Part shown: positions 57,440-64,000 of the stretch, piece by piece | Layout: every line of letters begins with the position of its first letter | Numbering within the stretch: the stretch's first letter is position 1 | Origin: the human T2T-CHM13v2.0 reference genome, Homo sapiens | DNA: 64,000 nucleotides | Assembly: GCF_009914755.1 (NCBI RefSeq) | Contig: NC_060932.1 | Reading direction: 5' to 3' (one strand) | The notes under the pieces: generated by a model | Databases searched by the model: none | The model's input: the letters and a program-made list of their open reading frames with translations, nothing else | What the model was told of the DNA's origin: nothing | Translations under genes and position numbers: made by a program

Positions 57440-57947
57440 TCAGTCAGGGTACAGATCTTCTGGTCCCCACATACCTCCAGTAGGGGACTCGCTTGCCCCA
57501 TGCAAGCATTTGCTCACCCCAGTCTAAGATATGTCTATAGACTATGGCATAAACTTAGCTATCCATGCATTGGAAATATTTATCAGGAAGATTTCATCAA
57601 TGTGGTACGGAAATATCAGAGACAGCAAAATATGTCCAGTAGTCAGACTAGAACGTGCTTCAGTCTTGGCTCCACCTGCTCACTAGTACGTGAAACTGGG
57701 TAAGTGGCTCAGCTTCTCTGAGCCTCTGATGATGTCAGCATCTGTAAAATGGGGTTATTGTAATAATTAATAAAATGGCAAATACCAAGTGCCTAGCATG
57801 GCAGATGACACACGGCAGGAGCCTGAGCCATGGTAGCCATTATAATCATTATTCAGAAGACATGAGTTTGGGGGGTAAAGGGCAAGAAGAAAAGTGGAGA
57901 AGAAGGAAAAATGTTTAGCTTTGAGGATTTTTTTTTAATTGAGATTT

Positions 57948-58212
57948 ACACATATTCTCACTTATAAGTGGGAGCTAAATAATGAGAATATATGGACACA
58001 TAGAGGGAAACAACAACACACTGAGGCCTCTTGGAGGATGGAGGGTGGGAGGAGGGAGAGAAGCAGGAAATGTGACTAATGGACACTGGGCTTAATACCT
58101 GGCTGATGAAATAATCTACACAACCAACCCCCATGACACATGTTTACCTGTGTAACAAACCTGCACATCCTGCACATGTACCCCCAAACGTAAAAGTTAA
58201 AAAATAAAATAA
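57948..58212 (+). mobile_element. Old L1PA (approx. PA15/16) 3' end inserted into an L1MB tail
   Basis: ttctcacttataagtgggagctaa...gtaacaaacctgcacatcctgcacatgtacccc; flanking aattgag(a/g)t duplication. Confidence 0.85.
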
Positions 58213-58805
58213 ATTGAGGTATAATTCACACGCCATAAAATTCACCCTTTGGAAACGGTATACAACTCAGTGACTTTTAGTATATTCACAGAATTGTGCA
58301 ATCATCATCACTATCTAATTTCGGAGTATTTCCATCATCCCAAAAAGAAATCATGTACCCATTAGCAGTCACTCCCGATTCCCCCTCCTGCTTTCCCCCA
58401 AGCCCCTGGCAACCATCAATCTGCCTTCTGTCTCCATGGAATTGCCTATTCTGGACACTTCCTATAAATGGCGTCATATGACGTGTGGCCTTTTGTGTCT
58501 GGCTTCTTCCGCTTAACGATGTTTTCAAGGTGCATCATGTCAAAGCATGGATCAGTACGTCACTCCTTTTCTGGGCTGAAATAATAATTCTATTGCATTA
58601 ATCTACAACAGTTTATCCATTCACCAGCTGACGGGCATTTCGGTTGTTTCCACTGTTTGACTATCATAAATAATACTGCTATGAACATTGTGTTCAAGTT
58701 TTTGCAAACATGTTTTCAGTTCTCTTGAGTATAGACCCAGGGTGGAAATGTGGGCTCATATGATAACTATGTTTTTTGTGGAACTACCAAACTGTTTTTC
58801 AATGC
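58213..58805 (-). mobile_element. L1MB 3' end
   Basis: ttgaggtataattcaca...aaaattcaccc...tgtctccatggaattgcctattctggac...tttgactatcataaataatactgctatgaacatt. Confidence 0.85.
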
Positions 58806-59964
58806 ACCTGGGGATTTTTTTTTTTTTTTTTACTGTAACCGAAAGTCAAAGATACTTAAAAACCTCTTTAGAATTTAACAGACAACAAAAATGGGGAGTA
58901 CATGGTGTTGCCTGGTTTCAGTCGTCAAATCTCAGAATCTATTCAATTACAATTCAATTTCCAACAGACAACCACTTACCATGTTTCTTTAGAAAACAGT
59001 ACACACAGCTAACAGGAAAATCAGCCAACAAAAGGATGCCAAAGAAAATTCATCCAATAGTTGCCCCAAATAATTGGTTTTTGAATTATGAACCTCCATT
59101 ACACTGAGTGTCAGCAAGAGATGTATTATTTCTTTGAGGGAAAGGGAACAAGCAGACATTGGCATAAGAGACGCCACAGCAGTTTCCAGGCTTCTACCAC
59201 AGAGGTCCTTTATTACGCAATTAAGCAAGCAGCACCTGAGATGCGGGCCAGGTTCTGAAAAAGAGTTGGTTCCAGCATGTTTCCTACTTTGAATCACAGC
59301 CTCAAACAAAAGAAATGAACGCCAAAGAGATTAGAAAATGTAAGGCTCACATCTCCAGAGTAAACTCTACTTGCTGACAAGACCAATTCTAAAAACAGAA
59401 AAGTAACTGAGTCTTAAGTATGTGCAGACAATAGCTGAAGATTTAGATGTAAAACAACGAAATCTGACGACATCCACGGGTTTAATCCTGACACTGCCAT
59501 TGAACAGAATATTTAAACCATCCAGCCTCTCTGTGTGCTGTGCTCCAATGCTATACACTCCATGACAGTGTGCAACCGTGTACCATGACTTCTGGAATGC
59601 AGTGAGGATTCTTTATTTGTGTAGCAAACATTTACTAAGGATCAGAAATAATAAATGCAAAACATCTACAACTATCTCACATTGTAGGCAATCAATAAAT
59701 TGAAGCCATCCTACTGAACATACACTTATTCGGCAGTGAATGTGCATGCCAGACATCGGGCTATGCCCTGAGGACAGACACGTAAAAGACATTCCTTGTT
59801 CTTAAGAAACTGAGAGTCTGATGGAAGAGACAGGGAAGGAAACCGTCGCAACTCAGTGTGTGCTAAGTGATGTGACAAAGGAAAATACAGGGCCACTGAA
59901 CACATCGACAGGCTGAGAGGTAAGGAAAGACAGTCAAAGACGATCTCTCTTGAACTATGAAAGT

Positions 59965-62900
59965 TGTTTTATTTTATTGAGAAATAATTAATATGAACAA
60001 AATGTTGCCACTCCAAGTGTATGCAAAACCACCCCTAATAAATTAACGTACTGGTGTATCCACTTGCACAACTAACACGTAGAGTATTCCCATCACCCCT
60101 AAAAGTGCCTTCCTGCCTCCTCTCTGGCCATCTAACGTCCCACCCCAAAGCCTCCAGCAACGAGTGACCTGCCTCCTGTTATGACAGTTTCACTTTGCAC
60201 ATTCCAGAATTCCTTATGAACAGAATCACACAGTCTGCATTCTTTCGTGTCTTGCTTCCACAGACAGTAACGTTTCTGAGATTCATCTGTGTGTTGGGCA
60301 TACCGGTAGCTCGTTTCTCTCCACTGCCACGTGGTATTGCACTGCATGGGTATGTTAAAGTGTGTTTATCCATTCATCTGTTCCTGGACATTTTGTTTCC
60401 AGTTTGGGGCTATTATGAATAAAGCTGCTATGGGCATCGGTCATGTCTTTGAGTGAATCCGTGTTTTCATTTTCCTAAGGTACATAGGGGAGAAGAGGAA
60501 TTGCTGGGTCATCACATAAGTATATGTTTAACAATAAATAGCTAAACATTTCCCCAAAGTAGTCACACTATTTTACATTCTCATTCATAATATAGGAGAG
60601 TTCCAGTTACTCTGTAGCCTCACCAATGCTTGCAATAATCACTCTTTTTAGTCATTCAAATGGATCGCATAATGAAATCTCCTCATGGTTTTAGTTTGCA
60701 TTTCCTTACTGACAAGTGATGCTGAGCATCTTTTCATGTTATTTGCCATGCACGTATCTTCTTTGGTGAATTAGCTATTCAAATCATTTGCCTATTTTTA
60801 AAATCTAGTTATTTGTCTTACTATTGGTTGTAAGAGCTTTATGTCTATTCTGGATACAAGTCTTTTTAACAGATACATGTTTTGCAAATACTTACTCCAA
60901 GGCTGAGCTTGCTTTTTTATTGCTTTAAAAGTGGCTTTTGAAGAGAAGTTTTTAATTTTGATGACGTCTAATTTACCATTTTGTCCTTTGTGTTTTAGAC
61001 TTTTTGTCCCAAGAAATCTCTACCCATCTCAAGACTGAGAAGATTTTCTTGAATGTTTTCTTCTAGAAACTTTACTGCTTTATATCTCTTATATTTAAGT
61101 CTATGATCCATTTTGATCTAATTTTTATATACATGTGGGGTTAAGGGTCGGAGTTAATTTTTGGCATATAAATAATTAGTTGTTCCAGCATCACCTGTTG
61201 AAAAAGCCAATCCTTCCCCCTTTGAATTACCTTGGCACATTAGTCCAAAATCAATTGACTATTTATGGATGGGTCTATTACTATTAATGGGGACTTCCTA
61301 TTTTGTTTCCATTAATCTATGTTTATCCTTATGCCAATATCACACTGTGTTAATTACTGTAGCTTCGTTGTCTGGGATATTTTAGTTCCTACATACGTCA
61401 TACAAACTTCAGAATAAAGCAATCAATTTCTAAGAAAAAAAAACAAGCCTGCTGGAATTTCGATTACACCTGCATTGAATATAAAGATCAATTTGGGAAG
61501 AACTGTCATTTTTAATATGAGGTATTACTACCCATAGCCATGTATATCTTTCAGTGTCTTTCTATTTATTTGGATCATTTTCTCAAGACAATCTTTTATA
61601 ATTGTCTTGGGAATAGACAATCTCCTATAATTGTCTTGAGAAAATGTATATTTTCTTGTAATTTTCAATGTACAATTCTTGCACATCTTTTCTTAAATTT
61701 ATCCCCAAGTATATAATTTTTGTTTTTATAAATGATATGGTATTCTTAACTTTATTTTCCAAATGTCCATTGATAATATATAGAAATAGGTTTGACTTTT
61801 GTATATTAATCATGTATCCTACTACCTTGCTAAATTACTCTACTTTTTGTAAATTCCTTAGTATTTTCTACATGCATAGTAATGTTTTCTGTGAATAACG
61901 AGTTTTATTTCTTCCTTTCCAATCTGGGCACATTTTTTGTTCCTTATGGCACTAACTAGACTATTCAGCACAATATGAAATAGAAGTAATGAATATGAAC
62001 ATCCTTGCCTTCTTACCGGCCTTAGGAGGAAAGCATTCACCATTAAGCATACTGTTGAGCACAGAGGCCTGTTAGCAAGTGGGCTTCTATTTCCAGTCTC
62101 CTAAGTGTTTTGTATCATAAATGTGTGATGCATTTTGTCAGAGGCTCATTATACATCTATTGCTATGATCATGGTTTTTATTCTCCTTCATTCTATTAAT
62201 ATAGTGAATGACACTGATTGAAATTTGAATACTTAACCAGCCTTGCATTCTCAGAATAAATCTCACTAGATCACAATGAACCACCCATTTCATAGAATGC
62301 TGCATTCTTTTTCTTCTTTTAATAAATATATCATTGGATTCCATTTGCTAATTTTTCAAGGGTTTTGCATACATGCTCAAGATGGACATCGTTCTGTAAT
62401 CTTCGTATAGTGTCTCTGATGTTGGTGTCAGGATAAAGCTAGCCTGATAATACAAATTGGGAAATGTTCCCTCCTCTACTTTCTGAAAGAATTTTTATAA
62501 AAATTGTATTTCCTCTTTATTATAATGTGATAAAATTTACCAGTGAAATTCTGTGACTAATATTTTATTTGGGGAAATATTTTTGAATAATGAACTGACT
62601 TTTATTAAAGAAAGGGCTATTTAGGCATTCCGTTTCATCTTCAATAAATATTGGTGATGTGCATCTTTCAAAATATTTTTCTATTTCATCTAACTTATCA
62701 AATTCACTCACATGAAGTTTTCCATTACAATTATTATCCTTCTAATGTCTGTAGGAAAGACTGATGTCTCCTTTTTCATTCCTGATATTGATATGTTATG
62801 TCTTCTTATCTTGGTAAGTCTGGCTAGAGGTGCATGCATTTTATTGATCTCTTCAGAGAACAAGCTCTTGGTTTCACTGGGTTTTCTCCATTGTTGTAAA

Positions 62901-64000
62901 ATTGATTAATTTCTGATCTTTATTTTCTTCTCCTTTCTAGTTACTTTGGCTTTGATTTCTTCTTTTGAGACAGAACATAGCTCATGAATTGAAACAAGTC
63001 TCCTTTCCCAGTGTAAGCATCTATGGCTACAAATTTCCATTGAGGCAATGCTTTAGTTGCATCCAGAAATTATGAAATGCCGTGTTTTTATTTTTAGCCA
63101 ATTCACAATGTTTTCAAATTACCCTGTGATTTCTTCTTGGAGCCCACGGGTTATTTAGAAATGTGTTGCTTAATTTTCAAATATTTGGGGCTTACCAATG
63201 TATCTTAATGTTACTGAGTTTTAATTTAATTCTGTTGTGGTCACATAGTATACTCTGTATGTGATTTAAATATTTTAAAATTTATTGAGACTTGATTTAT
63301 CACCCCAAATATGGTCTATCTTACCAAATGTTCAATGTGTATTTGAAAATAATGTGTATATTTGTTGTTGTTAAGCAATCTAGAAATGTGAACTAGATCA
63401 AATTGGTTGTGAGTGTCAAAGTCTTCTATATCTTCACTGACATTCTTTCTATTTGATCTATCAATTACCAAGAGTGGTGATATCTCCAACTATAATTATG
63501 GATTTGTCCACTTCTCATTTCAATTTTGTCAGCTATTTGCTTCATGCATGTTGAAGCTCTGTTATTGGGTGTATACACATTTTGAAATGTCACATGTTCT
63601 TGAAGAATTTACCCTTTCATCATTACAAAACGTCCCTCTTTATTCCTGATAATACTACTGGTCAACTTTGTCTTATATTAATAAAGTTGTTCCTGCTTTC
63701 TTATGACAAGTGTTTGCAAAATATATCTTCTCCAATCCATTTCTACTTAATCTATGTTTTTATATTTAAATGAATTTCCTATAAACAATTTATAGTTATA
63801 TCTTGATTTTTTTTTTTTTTTTTTTTTTTTTTTGGCCAGTATGATAGTCTCTACCACTATATTGAAGCTCTTAGGTCATTTACACTTAATGTGGTTATAG
63901 ATGCTGTTGAGCTTACTTCTACCACCTTGCTATTTCTCCCGTCTCTTTTTTGTTCCTTTTCTCTTCTTTTCCTCCCCTATTTTATAATTGAATTTTTTAG
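59965..64000 (-). mobile_element. Long old L1M element (3' UTR plus decayed ORF2), running off the window
   Basis: Antisense ORF2 peptide remnants in the ORF track (INIQKS..FLY; RQGC..S.LLF.IVL..L..AIR; FI.RMQGW..I..SI.VIHYINR). Confidence 0.9.
61576..61646. repeat. Perfect 17-bp inverted repeat with an internal 28-bp direct duplication
   Basis: cattttctcaagacaat (61576-61592) and attgtcttgagaaaatg (61630-61646); direct repeats at 61586-61613 and 61615-61642. Confidence 0.92.

Overview
Primate, human-like genomic DNA, either intronic or intergenic. It carries 13 Alu loci, many L1 fragments (L1PA to L1M), L2 and MIR relics, MaLR LTRs and small DNA-transposon MITEs. I could not recognise any protein-coding exon, RNA gene or host gene. 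The listed ORFs are chance ORFs, tandem-repeat translations or decayed L1/Alu sequence. There is no CRISPR or other prokaryote-type system. The most notable structures are local DNA-copying scars: (1) a ~170-bp inverted copy of nearby sequence inserted into the middle of an otherwise intact, TSD-flanked Alu; (2) a ~190-bp inverted duplication of an old L1 that looks like a duplicative inversion breakpoint; (3) a perfect 17-bp quasi-palindrome with an internal duplication inside an L1; and (4) an L1PA with a short 3' transduction. Three minisatellites, motif-rich enhancer candidates and several minus-strand exon-like segments are also reported at lower confidence. Repeat subfamily calls are from recalled consensus sequences, and boundaries of old repeats are approximate.
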